A stretch of 64,000 bases of DNA, taken from NCBI GenBank assembly GCA_964016885.1, contig OZ024741.1:286502001-286566000 (forward strand), in the 5' to 3' direction. The position numbers and the translations under genes are program-made. Positions 1 through 15,798 of the stretch are shown here, piece after piece. Source of the stretch: Eledone cirrhosa. Lineage: Eukaryota. Within the stretch, counting starts at the first letter, position 1, and each line of letters opens with the position of its first letter. Below the pieces are notes generated by a model. The model was not told the origin of the DNA. It worked only from the letters and a program-made list of their open reading frames with translations, and searched no databases.

Positions 1-36
1 AGGAGAGAGAGGGGGGAGAGATGAAGGGAGGGGAGG

Positions 37-96
<60 letters not shown>
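1..96. repeat. (GA)n microsatellite / purine tract
   Basis: Directly visible. Confidence 0.95.
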
Positions 97-99
<3 letters not shown>

Positions 100-781
100 T
101 AAATAAGGCACAGACTAAAGAAAGGGAAGATCGCAATAAATACTTTAAAATAAAGAACCTTCACAAACATCTCACCCAGTGGTAGATTACTTGCTAAGCG
201 TCCTAAAGCTAGATGGCTCAACAAATGTTCCTCTTGCTGCCGTTTCACGAGCGAAGGGACCGTATTGACTATCCTGAATGGGAGACCTAAATGTATGAAT
301 TTTTTACTATTGGATCGCGAGAAAGAGGCTAGTCATATGACCATTGTTGGCCCTCTTAGACTAGATGGATAAATGCAATTAATGTCTCACTTGAATAGTT
401 TCACGTTGATTGTTACAGGAAAAAAACATGGGATAAAATGGAATTCCAGAGGACCGACAATCTATCTACGGAGGAATAATTCTGTGTAGATATTAGTGAA
501 AGGTCTGAAAGGAGCACAAAATGGATGTGCGAAAAGAAGAGAGGAGTAAGGGTATCGTGTGTCTGAATAGAAGTGTCAAGAGATCAACCTAGTCTGAGGA
601 GCAGAAGCCACTGTAGTAGCGGTATAAAAGGTAGAGAGAGGATACAGCGCGTCAGTGGGCCAGAGTTTGGAGTGTGCTGATGTGCTACTTAAAACTAAAC
701 AGTCGGGCGACCTTTGGGAAAATATAGTTTAGGATGTCTGTATATGTAGCAGCAACACCTTCCCGGGTGAGTAAATATTTT

Positions 782-1430
782 CTAGTTCTGAAGAATAATG
801 TTAGTCTTTGCTGTACAATCTTCGCTGTGTCGAGGATGCGAAATCACTGAGTAATTTACAAAGTTAAGGATGTCAAACCGACGGATATGACCTGAGTCTA
901 TCGAGAGCACTCCATGTCTAGCTATCCATATATTTGTCATTCTTGATGGATGAAATATCGCTTTCAAGGTAAATATTTTAGCCTTATTTAGAGGTTTTCC
1001 ATTCATGGTTTTCACTTCCCATTCTGATTGAAGTGCATGACTTCTGTCTTCTTCGTGTTCACAAACAATTTTCTCATGGCAGCAAACTGCTCGAGCACGT
1101 ACTGGATATTTTTAGCATCTGTAACTTTGCCGCGATCAGAGTTATGTCATAAGCATAATCGGCATCAGTAATTTTCTGGGCAGGATATATTTTAGTTCTG
1201 GCTCAGTGCAATATGAAAGTTAGAGTTTTATCAAGGTCAAGAGATGTGTGGAGCACATGGTCAAGTGCGATAATGAACACAAGGGGTGCAAGTGCGTCTC
1301 CTTGAAGTTTTGCTTGAATACAAAAGAACTCTGTCGCCATTTAGGAATTGATTGTGTTTTCTTGTACAGCATCATAATAGCATTTACTGCTTTTTTCCGG
1401 TAATCCATAATCCATAATCTTCGTAAAGAA
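782..1430 (-). pseudogene. Highly decayed RTE-clade LINE reverse transcriptase fragment
   Basis: Minus strand reads YPAQKITDADYAYDITLI (YADD region) near 1130-1190 and KTMNGKPLNK further on; many frameshifts. 28 nt (ttctcatggcagcaaactgctcgagcac) recur at about 4193. Confidence 0.65.
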
Positions 1431-2139
1431 AATAGAGAATCATCGACTCTTCACTCCCGGGTATTCCGCATTTTCCGATATATAAGAAGTAAATTTTATC
1501 CTAAAATTTTATGCCAAAATCTGCCTGCATCCAATACACTGAAGGTAAGAATATAAAGATAGAAAATAAGGATATTACACAAACCATGTACACGTTTAAG
1601 TAGATAATTTGACATGCGTAGATGGTTTAGTTTATATTTATTTAGATACATAGATAGATTTTCATTTTTTAGTCAAACATACAGAAAAAGAAAGCAGCTT
1701 TGGAAAGGACTAAAACTGCCATAACTCAGAGGAAAAGGGGGTAAAGAGCAAGGACTATTAGGCAATAAACATTGATGTTTTTATTATAAAAAAATAATGA
1801 TTCCTACAATACTGCATAGTTCGTAGCAATATACGAACGAATTATAGAGATAGAAGAAAGTATTCCTAAATATAGTGTAATGGCTGTTCAACGTGGCGTT
1901 AAATAACTCTTTGCATTTCTGTTTGGATTTTTGTTGGGTGCGGGATTAATGTGGGAGTTTGATGTGCAGTTAAAAATGAAACTAGCGATAATATTTAAAA
2001 GAAATTGCTTCGCTTTTATGAATTACAGAAACGAATAAATTTCATTTTAGCGTAAATATTTATACCCCAACAACTATTACCCACAACATGTACATAAACT
2101 TGGATTACTGCCGTCAAATGTTTATAAATAATTATATAT

Positions 2140-2433
<294 letters not shown>

Positions 2434-3504
2434 GCTACTTAAATTTGTAATAAAATGTTTATCCTTGCATTATTTGGTTTGAATTTGAAGTGTTCAACCT
2501 GGCATGGATCTTTAACCCTCACATCGAAATCTTCTATATATATGTGTGTGTGTGTGTCTGTGTGTCTCTGTGTGCATGTGTGTATGTGTGTGTCTGTGCG
2601 AGTATCTGTGTGTGTCTATGTGTGCCTGTGTGCCTGTGTGCGTGTACGTGTGTGGGTCTGTGTGTGCATGTGAATGTGCGTGTGTGAATGTTTGTTTGTG
2701 TTTATCTTAGCAAACAAAATAAATAGACTCATAGTTTCATATTCATATTTCTTAATATTTCATTTTAAAAGCGTGTGTTATTTATGGAGGAAGAAACCAT
2801 TTATTTAACATATAAAAGCTAAATCGAACTTTGTTCGTTTTGGTACTTCAAGAAAGCTATGGTATCTTTCTCTCCTTCTTCGCCCACTTATTCCTGAAAG
2901 GGTTGTAGCGACAGTCTTCAACACACATTCCAGTGGGTCCTGTCTGAAGCAACCGTCTCCAATTAATCCAGTACAGTTGTCCCCTGGTATTTGCGGGGCT
3001 TGCGTTCCCAGAGCAACCGTGAAGAGTGAAAAACCGCGAAGATTGGGCGTGGTCCATAAAAATGCCTATACATGTCAAAACATAACGTAAAATACAGACT
3101 TGCCAATACGGTATATTGTTATTAATAATTTAGCGTTAAAAAGCGTGAAAATATATATATTGCCACGAAAAATGTCATAAAAATAACGCGGAAGATATTT
3201 TCGATACCGCGAATATGCAGTAGTTTCCTCTAACAATTATTAGTTATGTTCTAAGGAAAATTCTGCGAATAACTGGGACCGCGAATGCTGGAGCCACACT
3301 GTATTTATTTATTTTACATTCACCTTTATTATTAGTTTCATTTTTAACTACTAACTAAATTTCTATACATACATTTTGAACATCAAGCTAAATTTGTGTT
3401 CCATAGAAATTTTTATACTTTATGAATATTTTCCATCACATTTTTCTTCAAAATTTGGATGCTTTTTATGACCCGAAAATTGCAGTCATTGAGTTAAGTG
3501 TATT

Positions 3505-3870
3505 GTGGATTGGCAGTATTGGTAGAGAGTCGGACGCCATGCTTTGACGCATAGAGTTACAGCCCTTGCTATTCTGAGTTCAAATCCCGCCGGGGTTAAC
3601 TTTGCCTTTCATTCTTACGGGGTCGATAAAATAAAGTACCAGTAATACACTGGGTAATTTGCTGGCCTTGTGCCTAAAGTAGAAACAATTATTTGGCAGT
3701 ATCGGTAAAGAGTCAGACATGCTTTCCAGCGTAGTTACGTCCCTTTACGACCTGAGTTCAAATCCCGCCGAGGTTAACTTTGCCTTTCATCCTTACAGGG
3801 TCGATAAAATAAAGTACCAGTAATGTACTGGGTGATTGCTGGCCTTGTGCCAAAAGTAGAAACAATTATG
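3505..3870 (+). mobile_element. Two tandem copies of a tRNA-derived SINE
   Basis: A-box-like tggcagtattgg, B-box gagttcaaatccc, conserved body aactttgcctttcatcc..ggggtcgataaaataaagtaccag, tail gtagaaacaattatt. Confidence 0.85.
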
Positions 3871-4591
3871 TTTAGATGAGAATTGAACGCAACTTTCTGT
3901 CATACTTCGTTGAGTTGTTGACCATAGAACCAGACTAGTTCCATAATATGTATTTATGGACCCCAGTCGTGGGGAGGAGGGGGGGGGGGGGGCACTATGA
4001 TGACATACGACGTGTCTTGGGCACTTTGATCCTGTTAAAGCTCATCCCCTTTGCAGGTCAGAACACAGACGATTTCTTCCAGAGAAGGAGAGGAATTAAG
4101 AAAGGGATTCGAGAAAGAATCAACAACATTACTGGATTGATACTTGAGAGCGTAGAGAGCCACGAAGTATTCCATCCGACGTTCTAACGAATCTTCTCAT
4201 GGCAGCAAACTGCTCGAGCACACGCACGAATTTCGTGGCATCTATAAGCCGTCACATCAAAATTCTCTACTTCACTGCACTAGATACAGACTTAATATAT
4301 TTATTTCATAGTCACTGAAACTGTACAAACTCAATTAATTCGCGACTAGAGTGTAATATATATTATTGGCCTTGAAGTGACGAAAGGTTATGTCGACATA
4401 TGAAGGGTTTGAACATAGAAAAACGATGCCCCAAATTTTCTCTCCACCTGTTCTTTGACAATTGTGTATAAGAAGAGCAGTCGCTCTAAATGTTGATGTA
4501 ATACTTAGCTCGAAATATAAACTAAACATTCCTCGACCTCCAATATATATATATATATACATAACTTTCTTATTTACGTCTTTCATATATA

Positions 4592-4622
<31 letters not shown>

Positions 4623-4900
4623 TTGTGTGTGCATATATATATATATATATACATATATATGTATATTTGTGTGTGCATATATATATATATGCACACACAA
4701 ATATACGTATAACAAGAACGCCATTACTTAAAGTTTCGCACACGATTTCAGACATGTGCGTGCATACGCATGACGATACAAAACAGATGCATTGAGTCTC
4801 AAACTTGCATATACCAACATACACATACACACACACAAATAAACATACACACATACACACACATTCAACTGTCCGGCCATTTGTGATTCGTGGGCACGAA

Positions 4901-4901
<1 letters not shown>

Positions 4902-4931
<30 letters not shown>

Positions 4932-5076
4932 AAGAAGAAGAAGAAGAAGAAGAAGAAGAAGAAGAAGAAGAAGAAGAAGAAGAAGAAGAAGAAGAAGAAG
5001 AAGAAGAAGAAGAAGAAGAAGAAGAAGAAGAAGAAGAAGAAGAAGAAGAAGAAGAAGAAGAAGAAGAAGAAGAAGA
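4902..5076. repeat. (AAG)n microsatellite, about 58 units
   Basis: Directly visible; explains the poly-K and poly-F ORFs. Confidence 0.97.
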
Positions 5077-5809
5077 ATGTCAAAGACAAAATGAAGCCAA
5101 GAAGTAGAAGCCTAAAAAGAGTGGGAGTGGCTACAGAAGAGGAATGGTGGCGGTGCGATGATGATGGTGGTGATGGTGGTAGGGTGAGTAATGGAGTGGT
5201 AGTGTCGAAATGGTGTGGTCGTGTCGAAATGGTGGTAGCAGTGGAAAAGTAGTGATGGGTTTTGGTGGTGGGTGTGTGAATGGTGATGGAATGGAGGTAG
5301 TGTCAATGACGTTAATAACCTGATGGCGGGTGTGTGATGGGGGTGAGGGAGGGAGGGAGGTAGTGAATGTGATGGCATAATAGAATGGTGGAGTAGTGGA
5401 GGAATAGCGCAGTCGGGGGCTGTGACATAGGCAATGGTGCTGAAAAAAAAATTGGGCTAAGAGAAGTTATCCTTTTCCGATAGAACGTAGACCAATCGAC
5501 CAATGAAAAAGCTACAATAAAGGGCCGTGTTTCATGCCTACACCGCGACATACCATCCCTCTTTTCACACTCCTAGACAGTTATTAATGTTATCCAAGGT
5601 TGAGAGATGGAGGAGATACTAGAGACTAAAAGAGGGCGGCATATGAGAAGAGGTGGGGAAAAATACTTTTAACAAAAATAATAACGCAAACGTTTTTATT
5701 ACAAAGAAAACAAATAGAATTTTAAAAAAAAAACAGCCAACAAAAATCAAAAAAAAAATCTCGCGAACTGTGTCGTTCACTTAGACAGAAATTATCGTAA
5801 TTCTAAGAT

Positions 5810-5826
5810 TATGCGTGTGTGTGTGT

Positions 5827-5921
<95 letters not shown>

Positions 5922-5971
5922 ACGTGTGTGTGCGTGTGTTTCTATGTGTTTGTGCGTGACTATACGTATAA

Positions 5972-6017
<46 letters not shown>

Positions 6018-6071
6018 GTGTACGTGTGTGTGCGTGTGTTTCTATGTGTTTGCGCGTGACTATACGTATAA

Positions 6072-6114
<43 letters not shown>

Positions 6115-6356
6115 CATATATATATGTGTGTGTCTGTGTGTGGGGGGTGTTGGCGGGTGTGGGTGTGTATTAGACGGGATTCCAAGACGTTCTCACCGTG
6201 TTTGTAAACAATAAGTGTTGGAAGGTGAATATAAGACTCGTGTATGTGTGTGTGTGTGTGTGTGTATCTATGTATGTATGTAATATACATATAGCTTACA
6301 TACGCACACGCACACACACACATATATGTTAAAGTCCTTCATACTAATTCTAATTT

Positions 6357-6388
<32 letters not shown>

Positions 6389-6394
6389 CATATA

Positions 6395-6457
<63 letters not shown>

Positions 6458-6470
6458 TATAGAGAGAGAT
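5810..6470. repeat. (TG)n/(TA)n compound microsatellite with an internal ~100-bp duplication
   Basis: The block tttctatgtgtttg..gactatacgtataaat occurs twice. Confidence 0.9.
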
Positions 6471-6634
6471 CGTTTACATAGTACACAGGGAGATATATAA
6501 AAGCGACTGCCAGACAATTATTTCTATACTAGAAGAAATCTAACTATATTGGGGTGCTTGTAAGTAGTATTTCGTATATTGACTTCCTCTTTAGATGTAT
6601 TATTAACATCATTTATTATTATTTATTATTATTA

Positions 6635-6691
<57 letters not shown>

Positions 6692-6889
6692 TTTGTATAT
6701 CTTCATTGTTAAATTAGTCTTGCCATTGTGCACTTTTACTCGACCTTATTGTAAACCCCCACTATCCCTGTCTTTGTATTGTCCCCTACATTTCGGCCCT
6801 TGTGGCTAATAAATGAAATCATTATTATCATCATCATCATCATCATCATCATCTTCATCATCATCATCATCATGTTCATTATTATTTTG

Positions 6890-7195
6890 CATATTATCAC
6901 TACATTACCGAGCGCAGCTTTGTGCGCCTTGGGTATGTGCAGTGATGTTTTTGTTAGTATTGTTTCTATTTTATTGAGAGCAATCTTCGTAACATGTGTG
7001 CAGTGCCTAATAGTGCTGTCTTGGAGTTTTGCTATCTGTCTCTGTGTGTTTTAGTTTTATTTTTTGTTTCATTTCGCTTTTTTTTATTTTACCATTTTCA
7101 GAGCACCTATCATTATAGGTATTGTTTCTCTCTTCATCATCCACTTTCAGGTTATTTCTATCTCTAGATCTTTATATTTGGATAGTTTCTCCATT
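6890..7195 (-). mobile_element. 3' end of an R4/Dong-clade non-LTR retrotransposon (restriction-like endonuclease C-terminus), decayed
   Basis: Minus strand translates EKLSKYKDLEIEIT*KWMMKRETIPIMIGALKMV ... KTALLGTAHMLRRLLS; embedded in (ATT)n/(ATC)n repeats. Confidence 0.8.
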
Positions 7196-7243
7196 TTGGG
7201 GGTAGATTATCATCATCATCATCATCATTATTATTATTATAAT

Positions 7244-7455
7244 TAGCGACCGAGTCGTTAGAGACGAACAAATGCTTAGCAATATTTGTTCCGTTTCTTT
7301 TCGTCCCGGGTTCAAATCTGCCTTTAGAACCTTTCCCGTTCCTTTTTCCAGGGTCGCTAAAACAAAGTACAAGTCAAACACTGGGTTCGAATTTATTGAC
7401 TTTTCCCTTCCCCCAAATTGCTGGCATTGTGTCAAAAGTGGAAACCATAACAATA
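7244..7455 (+). mobile_element. tRNA-derived SINE, diverged
   Basis: gagtcgttag..gggttcaaatc..aaagtacaagtc..gtggaaaccataacaataa. Confidence 0.7.
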
Positions 7456-7763
7456 ATTATTATTATTGCTGCTGTTATTTTTGTTATTGCTGCTATTGTT
7501 GTTTTGCTCCAGTTCAGTCGTGATTCAGAAGCAAAGACATTCTGGCCTTTACTAAAACCTCTTTTTTTTTTGTATACGTATGGTTGTATGATTGTATTTT
7601 TTATTTTCTATTCTTCTACTGGCTTCAGTCTATAGATTGTGGGCATGCTAATACAGCACATTGAAGGTATGTGATGGACGATATTTATATACAGACACAC
7701 ACACACACACATATATATATATATTCACTCACACACACACAGATATATATATATATGTATATG

Positions 7764-7818
<55 letters not shown>

Positions 7819-7838
7819 GTATATATATGTATATGTAT

Positions 7839-7895
<57 letters not shown>

Positions 7896-7901
7896 TGTAT
7901 A

Positions 7902-8016
<115 letters not shown>

Positions 8017-8017
8017 G

Positions 8018-8061
<44 letters not shown>

Positions 8062-8062
8062 C

Positions 8063-8147
<85 letters not shown>

Positions 8148-8151
<4 letters not shown>

Positions 8152-8327
8152 AACCAGTAAGACCCCGACGGCTGAGCTCAAGCCGTTTCGAGTCCAGAAT
8201 TAGCCGTCGAAACGGCTTGAGCTCAGCCGTCGGGGTCTTACTGGTTCCTATTACCCACTCTACTACCCTAAGTATTGAGTACTTTGGTGCGTTATGGTCC
8301 ACCTGGTTCCTTACCACATTTCCTTCG

Positions 8328-8328
<1 letters not shown>
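8148..8328 (+). mobile_element. Fold-back family A, copy 1 (half-hammerhead palindrome plus tail) in (TA)n
   Basis: Perfect 44-bp arms 8148-8191/8207-8250, then ~78-bp tail ending ttccttcgt. Confidence 0.9.
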
Positions 8329-8380
<52 letters not shown>

Positions 8381-8381
<1 letters not shown>

Positions 8382-8587
8382 TACATTTAATTGCGGTCTT
8401 CTCCCAATGGGGATCGGGAGGAGACCGCAGTTACTTTGGAAGAGTATAGTCATCTTCGATTTATATAGAAATAAACTCTACAAGACTAGAAGTGTTGCAT
8501 TTATAGATAATCATCAGGAATGTTTATTTCTGAGGATTTCAGATGAATGAAACAGTTCTTGTCCTCTAGGAGTTATTTCTATATAGA
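8381..8587 (-). mobile_element. HHR-bearing fold-back family B, diverged copy
   Basis: Imperfect inverted arms around 8520; tcatcag at 8511 and ctgagga..gaaacag at 8530-8555; homologous to 53486-53675. Confidence 0.7.
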
Positions 8588-8633
8588 ATATATATGTATG
8601 TATGCATATATATATATATTTCTATATAGAATA

Positions 8634-8667
<34 letters not shown>

Positions 8668-8668
<1 letters not shown>

Positions 8669-8716
8669 AGGAACGAGTAGGACCCCGACGGCTGAGCTCA
8701 AGCCGTTTCGACGGGT

Positions 8717-8751
<35 letters not shown>

Positions 8752-8910
8752 TCCAGAATTAGCCGTCGAAACGGCTTGAGCTCAGCCGTCGAAACGGCTT
8801 GAGCTCAGCCGTCGGGGTCCTACTCGTTCCTATTACCCACTCTACTACCCTAAGTATTGAGTACTTTGGTGCGTTATGGTCCACCTGGTTCCTTACCACA
8901 TTTCCTTCGT
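8668..8910 (+). mobile_element. Fold-back family A, copy 2 (poly-T at the fold-back point, internal duplication)
   Basis: Arms taggaacgagtaggacccc / ggggtcctactcgttccta; T-run 8718-8749. Confidence 0.9.
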
Positions 8911-8971
8911 TATATATATATATATACATATCTCTGTGTGTAGGTGTATTTGTGTGTACTTATGTATATAA

Positions 8972-9845
<874 letters not shown>

Positions 9846-9881
9846 CGTTTATGCATACATACATACATGCACACACATATG

Positions 9882-9947
<66 letters not shown>

Positions 9948-9993
9948 CATATAAATGTATGTATGCATGTATGTATATGTATATATGTATGTA

Positions 9994-10033
<40 letters not shown>

Positions 10034-10110
10034 TACATATATACAAAATTGTGTAGGACATATATCCACGTATAAACATATATATATATATATGTGTATA
10101 TATATATATG

Positions 10111-10159
<49 letters not shown>

Positions 10160-10231
10160 GTATATATATATCCGCGTATATACATATATATATATATATA
10201 TATACATGTATGTATATATTTAATTTATATT

Positions 10232-10351
<120 letters not shown>

Positions 10352-12234
10352 CGTGCGTGCGTGTGTGTGCGTGTGTGTGTCTGCGTGCGTGTGTATGTAT
10401 ATATATATATTCAACGGAATTCCGCGCAGTTTCCGTCTACCAAATTTCACTCTCTACTCGAAGGTATAATAGAATACATTTACCCACCGACTGAATCCGA
10501 ACCCATAAGGTTACGAAGTTAACTAATTAACCACATAGTTATTATTTTTGTCTATCCCATTTTTAAGATAGTTAGACTGGGCTCGAAAAGGATTTGAGTG
10601 CTACTTCTAGCAGATTAATCAACGATGTAGTGTCCACCTCTTTGGCTTGTTAAAAGGCATGAATGCTATGTTTGAATATCTTTAGGAGAAAAACTTCCAA
10701 ACTTTCTAAACAAGTATTTTGTCGGAGAAACAGTAAAGATTTATTTGTTTGGTTGTTGTTGTTGCTCTTGTTGATGTTGTTTTTGTTGCTGCTCTGTGAG
10801 TGTGGGGGGGGATGCTTGTGTGTGTGTTTGTGCGTGTGTGTGTGTTCGTGTGTGCGTGTCTATGTACTTTGACTATGGACACAATAATACTTTTTCTAGG
10901 CCTGGCAATGTGTTTTGAAGGAAATTATTTTAAGTATGTATGTGTGTATGTATCTGTATGTGTTTGTGTGTGCGACACGGAGGATGCAAACGAAATCTTT
11001 TCCTTTTTTCCATCGAAGGAATCGGTCCAAAACGTCAGGAAATTAATCTCCAACGATATATTAACTTTAAAAACAAACTTTATTTCTTATAAAAGCCATT
11101 ACTAATTCTCCTGCATGTTAGTTTTAAACCTACACTTATGTTTGGCGTAAACTTTAGTCAGTGATAATAATAGTTAACAACATAATTTATATAATTCCCT
11201 ATATCTAAAGTATATTGATATTTAAAACAGACGCAGTCAAGGCTGTACAATTAAGAGGTATCTATTATCAACTTCATCTTTTCGCAGCTGTATAAAAAAA
11301 AATAACATTACAAAATGTTTATAATTATTACAGAATGAAAATATAAACATCAAAAATATATATAATTAATTATTTGGAGGAACCTTATAAATATAAAAGT
11401 ACAAAAGTATATAACCAAAGCGAGAGGAAAAAAACAAAACTCAATTCAACACTACGTACAGTAATAGCTCACCTGCACATTATATTTGATGATTGAATTT
11501 ACAGTCTTCAACCGATCGAAACCTATGTTAACCTCTAGCTCCACTGTTAATTACTAAATACTTATCTCTTAGCGGAATGGTCCGTCAAATAGGCTCGATG
11601 CCAAGGTTAGCGGGGTGGTAATACTGGATAGTACTGCCACCACCCCTATATCTAAATGGAGCACCCTCAGATTTAAAAAATAGAGTTTATAAAAAAAACT
11701 ACCAAAATATCTTCCTTGCAAATGAGCTATCCGCCCACCCCACCAACCTCAGAATATTCTTAAACCAACACCTCCTCCCCGCCCTTATGCGAGAACCTAA
11801 TTCTGGCGACGGGCCTGCCGCCAAGTTCTGTAAATTCCTATCACGAGCCAACGAGGGGGCTTCTGTGTAGTCACTCGATCTGCTATTAATAGCAACCAAA
11901 TTTCTTTCAAAGCACATTTTGCGGCATTTGAATTACACGTGTTTATGAAATACTCAAAACCAGTTACATATTAATTCAGGAGTTGGATGTTCAGTTGATC
12001 GAACAACTGAATGATCTTCGTCGACATTGATGGAGACTCTATCGTAATCATTGTGTGTTATATGGTATGTCTGTGTTGTAGTCAACCCTCTATATTACAT
12101 GGTATTAGTCTATGGATGTTATCTGTCATCTGTTTTGTATTATATATGGTGTGTTTATAATGAATTTTATACGGCTCTATCAAAGAGAGATAATTTCAAT
12201 GTTTTTGACACTTAATTATTCATTCTAACACTCT

Positions 12235-12450
12235 CTAACATTGGCACAAGGCTACCATTTTGGTAAAAGAAGCAATTTGATTATATTGACTGTACGTATT
12301 TGACAGTCACTTTTATTTTATCGACCCCTGAATGAAAGGCTAAGTTTACCTCGGCATGATTTGAACTCTGCCGTAACTAAAGGCAATAACTAAACACCAC
12401 AAAGTATTTTGTTCAACGCACTACCGTTACTACCAATCCACCGCCATTTT
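12235..12450 (-). mobile_element. tRNA-derived SINE
   Basis: Reverse complement of the SINE body (tttatcgacccc..gaaaggc..atttgaactc). Confidence 0.75.
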
Positions 12451-12574
12451 GAAACTAAACAATAAAAAATGGTTTCCAGAAATTAAAGACAACAGAACGT
12501 ATATAGTGTGTATTTCATTGTATTGTGTGGTGTGGTATATGTTGCACAGGTTGTATAGAACTAGCTCAATAATG

Positions 12575-12815
12575 ATCGAGCAGGCTTATGATGAAAAGAG
12601 ATCCCAAAACACACCAATCCAAATCGAGCAGGCTTATGATGAAAAGGGATCCCAAAACACACCAATCCAAATCGAGCAGGCTTATGATGAAAAGGGATCC
12701 CAAAACACACCAATCCAAATCGAGCAGGCTTATGATGAAAAGGGATCCCAAAACACACCAATCCAAATCGAGCAGGCTTATGATGAAAAGGGATCCCAAA
12801 ACGCACCAATCCAAA
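12575..12815. repeat. 48-bp minisatellite, about 5 copies
   Basis: Unit atcgagcaggcttatgatgaaaagggatcccaaaacacaccaatccaa. Confidence 0.95.
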
Positions 12816-13055
12816 TCCTAATTCTTTCATTGGTCAGCGAAATCTTAGACGCCGTTTTTTTACAATATGTTTTAATAATTTCCAAAAATCTTGTCTGCTA
12901 CTCCTAGCAGGGCAAGTGACTACGTAGAGGCACCCGTGTTAATTCGCATGCCATTGATGTTCTTGTTGTTTTTGCTTACACACGGTTCAACCCTGAAACC
13001 TAGACTTATGATCTAAAGCATTTGTCACGACTATCCAGGGTTATTTATGTATATA

Positions 13056-13245
13056 TAATTATTTCTACTTTTGGCACAAGGCCAGAAATGATCCCAGTAT
13101 ATTACTGGTACTTTATATTATCGACCATGTAAGGATGAAAGGCAAAGTTAGCCTCGGCGGGATTTGAACTCAGATGATAAAGGGACGTAACTCTATGCTG
13201 CAAAGCATGGCGTCCGACCCTGTACCGATACTGCCAATCCACAAC
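13056..13245 (-). mobile_element. tRNA-derived SINE
   Basis: Full-length reverse complement of the family at 3505. Confidence 0.85.
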
Positions 13246-13531
13246 CATTTATTAATGTATATATTATATGTATATATTATAAGTGTATATTGTATATATA
13301 TATATATATATATAATATATATATATATATTATATATTATATATATATATATATTATATTATATTATAGTATACATTATATGATAAATATATATTATCAT
13401 ATGTTATATTATATAGTATTATGTTGTCTTATATTATATCATATTATATTATATGGTGGCGTGCAGCGGATGTCTTGCATGCATGGGTAAACTTGCGCCG
13501 GTCTATAAATGTTATGAATATACATACATAT

Positions 13532-13578
<47 letters not shown>

Positions 13579-13581
<3 letters not shown>

Positions 13582-13677
13582 GGTGTCCCAAAATTGTATA
13601 CACAGTTTGATTACCTGTACAGGCAATATTTATTTGAATGCTGTTGAAGTTTGTTTCCATTTTTGGGGAACACTCTG
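13579..13677. mobile_element. Tc1/mariner-type MITE
   Basis: TA-cagggtgtcccaaaa ... ttttggggaacactctg-TA terminal inverted repeats with TA flanks. Confidence 0.7.
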
Positions 13678-14023
13678 TATATGTATGTGTGTGTGTATAT
13701 ATATATGTACTTGATACTTTACTTATATGTATACTCTATATATGTACATATATACACACACATATGTGTGTGTGTGCGTGTGTGTATTTTGTGCGTGTGT
13801 GAGTGGGTGTAGGCGGCTATTATATATGTGTGTAAGGCATATATATATTGAGTTAATCCAAAGGGAATTAATAGTGCCAAGTAATAATTGGCAAGCTCAA
13901 TGTGTTAAGTCATTAGCGATAAAAACAGAAATTCAAAATAGATCTTATTTTAAAAAATAGAAGAATTTAGGAACATAGAATAGCACAGAGCATATATAAC
14001 AATATGACAGAGTATATTACTTT

Positions 14024-14069
<46 letters not shown>

Positions 14070-14377
14070 TATTGAAGTTTGCTTGAAGCATTGTGGAATA
14101 ATAAAAAATTTGGTCGTTCTGGAAGCCTCAAAAATATAGATGGGTAAATCTCCGGGTAAAGAATCCGGTGGTGAAGAAAGAGACGTAAGAGGAAATGTAG
14201 AATGAAATGTATAGTGTGTAGAGGAACCTAGGAAAGAGCGTGAAAATAAAAATAATAACACTAGATAGAGTTACCTTGGGAGAGATTTAATTGTCCCTAT
14301 ATTTCGGATTTCGCATCCATCAACTGGGGCGTTTTCGGAGGGGGAAAGTCATCTGTCGGAGAGGAACGGTACGTGGC

Positions 14378-14423
<46 letters not shown>

Positions 14424-14951
14424 TAAAAATTAGCGAGAATCGAATTTCAGCCTATGAAATAACGAGAAAACACTTTCGAATTGTGAGGCAAGTGCTCAAT
14501 AATTCAAATGAATTAGAGCTTACAACTTACGTTAAATGCCAAACACACTGAGATGGTGGTTAAACTAATCATCCACACAGCGAAGATTCGATCTCCTATT
14601 TCGGGTCAAACAGATATACAGATATAAAAATATATGAACATATAAATGTTTGATACTCACCCGGACCCCTGGAATGATGGTAAAGTCCAGTGTTGGGGTT
14701 TCTGCGGCTCCATAAGTCATTTACTGTCCACTTACATAAAGGATGTTAAGTTTCTCGTATCCTGACTGAACTAGGAGTACGCGTTGTCAACGGGATTCAG
14801 TTCGAAAGTCCACATAGATGTGTCTGTAACTGACCCCACGTGGGGTTCAGCAAGGGAGGCAACACCTAAATTAGACGATTGAATTCATCTGTGTATAATA
14901 TTGCGAAAATGCAAAATATCACAAATCGAATGAAGCTCTCGACAGAGTGGT

Positions 14952-15036
<85 letters not shown>

Positions 15037-15040
<4 letters not shown>

Positions 15041-15500
15041 ATAATAAGAAATGTGAAGACTAAAATCCAAAGAGGGCTCGATAAGCATGAATATATATCA
15101 AATATATAAGAACCCTAGAGCAAATATTTATTAAAATAACAGATTAAAGTTTAAGCAAAGAATCGGTGCTAAGCGTTAAGGGTGAAAGCAGCGATTTTTT
15201 GCTTAAACTTTAATCTGTTATTTTAATATATATATATATATATATATGTACATATATGTTTTTTTTTAATTAGTAGTAAAGATTAAAAGTTTAAGCAATG
15301 AATTTCAGCTTTCATCTTGAGCGAGATCATCTGACACTGAGATTTAGATGATTCCGCTTAGAGTGAAAGCAGACATTCGTTGCTTAAAATTTTAATCTAT
15401 TTAATAATAATAAATATTTGCTCAACGGATTTATATATACTTATATACAACCTTCATCGAGCCCTGTTTGGATTTTAATCTTTGTATTTATTATTACTAT
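15037..15500. mobile_element. Two oppositely oriented copies of fold-back family D
   Basis: Palindromes 15131-15228 and about 15280-15400, each with the tail gagccctctttggattttagtctt; a tail-only copy lies at 21550-21650. Confidence 0.7.
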
Positions 15501-15504
15501 ATAA

Positions 15505-15586
<82 letters not shown>

Positions 15587-15599
15587 TATATATATAATA

Positions 15600-15756
15600 T
15601 TAATAAATGGAAAATATCTTTAGAAAACTAGATTTATTTTATTATACATATTTCAAGGGTACCAGTATTTTGGTACGCTATCGTCAGATTAAATACAATA
15701 TTTGGTTTGCAGATAATGACATATCGACATATGAACTTAATGTTATGAGTTCAATG

Positions 15757-15757
<1 letters not shown>
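15600..15757 (-). mobile_element. HHR-bearing family E fragment
   Basis: Minus strand CTGACGA-tagcgtacca..tggtaccctt-GAAA-tatgta; homologous to 44325-44753. Confidence 0.6.

Positions 15758-15798
<41 letters not shown>

Noticed and set aside
3505-3690. tRNA gene
   Set aside because: A and B boxes are present but there is no cloverleaf, and the sequence continues into a multi-copy SINE body.
12575-12815. CRISPR-like array or repeat protein
   Set aside because: Contiguous 48-bp units with no spacers, no cas genes, eukaryotic context; atgatgaaa is not a hammerhead core.
14290-14340. Hammerhead-like remnants on the minus strand here, and on the plus strand at 11005-11042 and 9358-9400
   Set aside because: Two or more core mismatches; probably decayed pseudo-LTRs but not supportable as ribozymes.
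15280-15400. Family D as a functional hammerhead (also 2283-2325)
   Set aside because: The cores read CAGAnGA or TAGATGA and I could not build a convincing stem I and cleavage site; kept only as a fold-back element.
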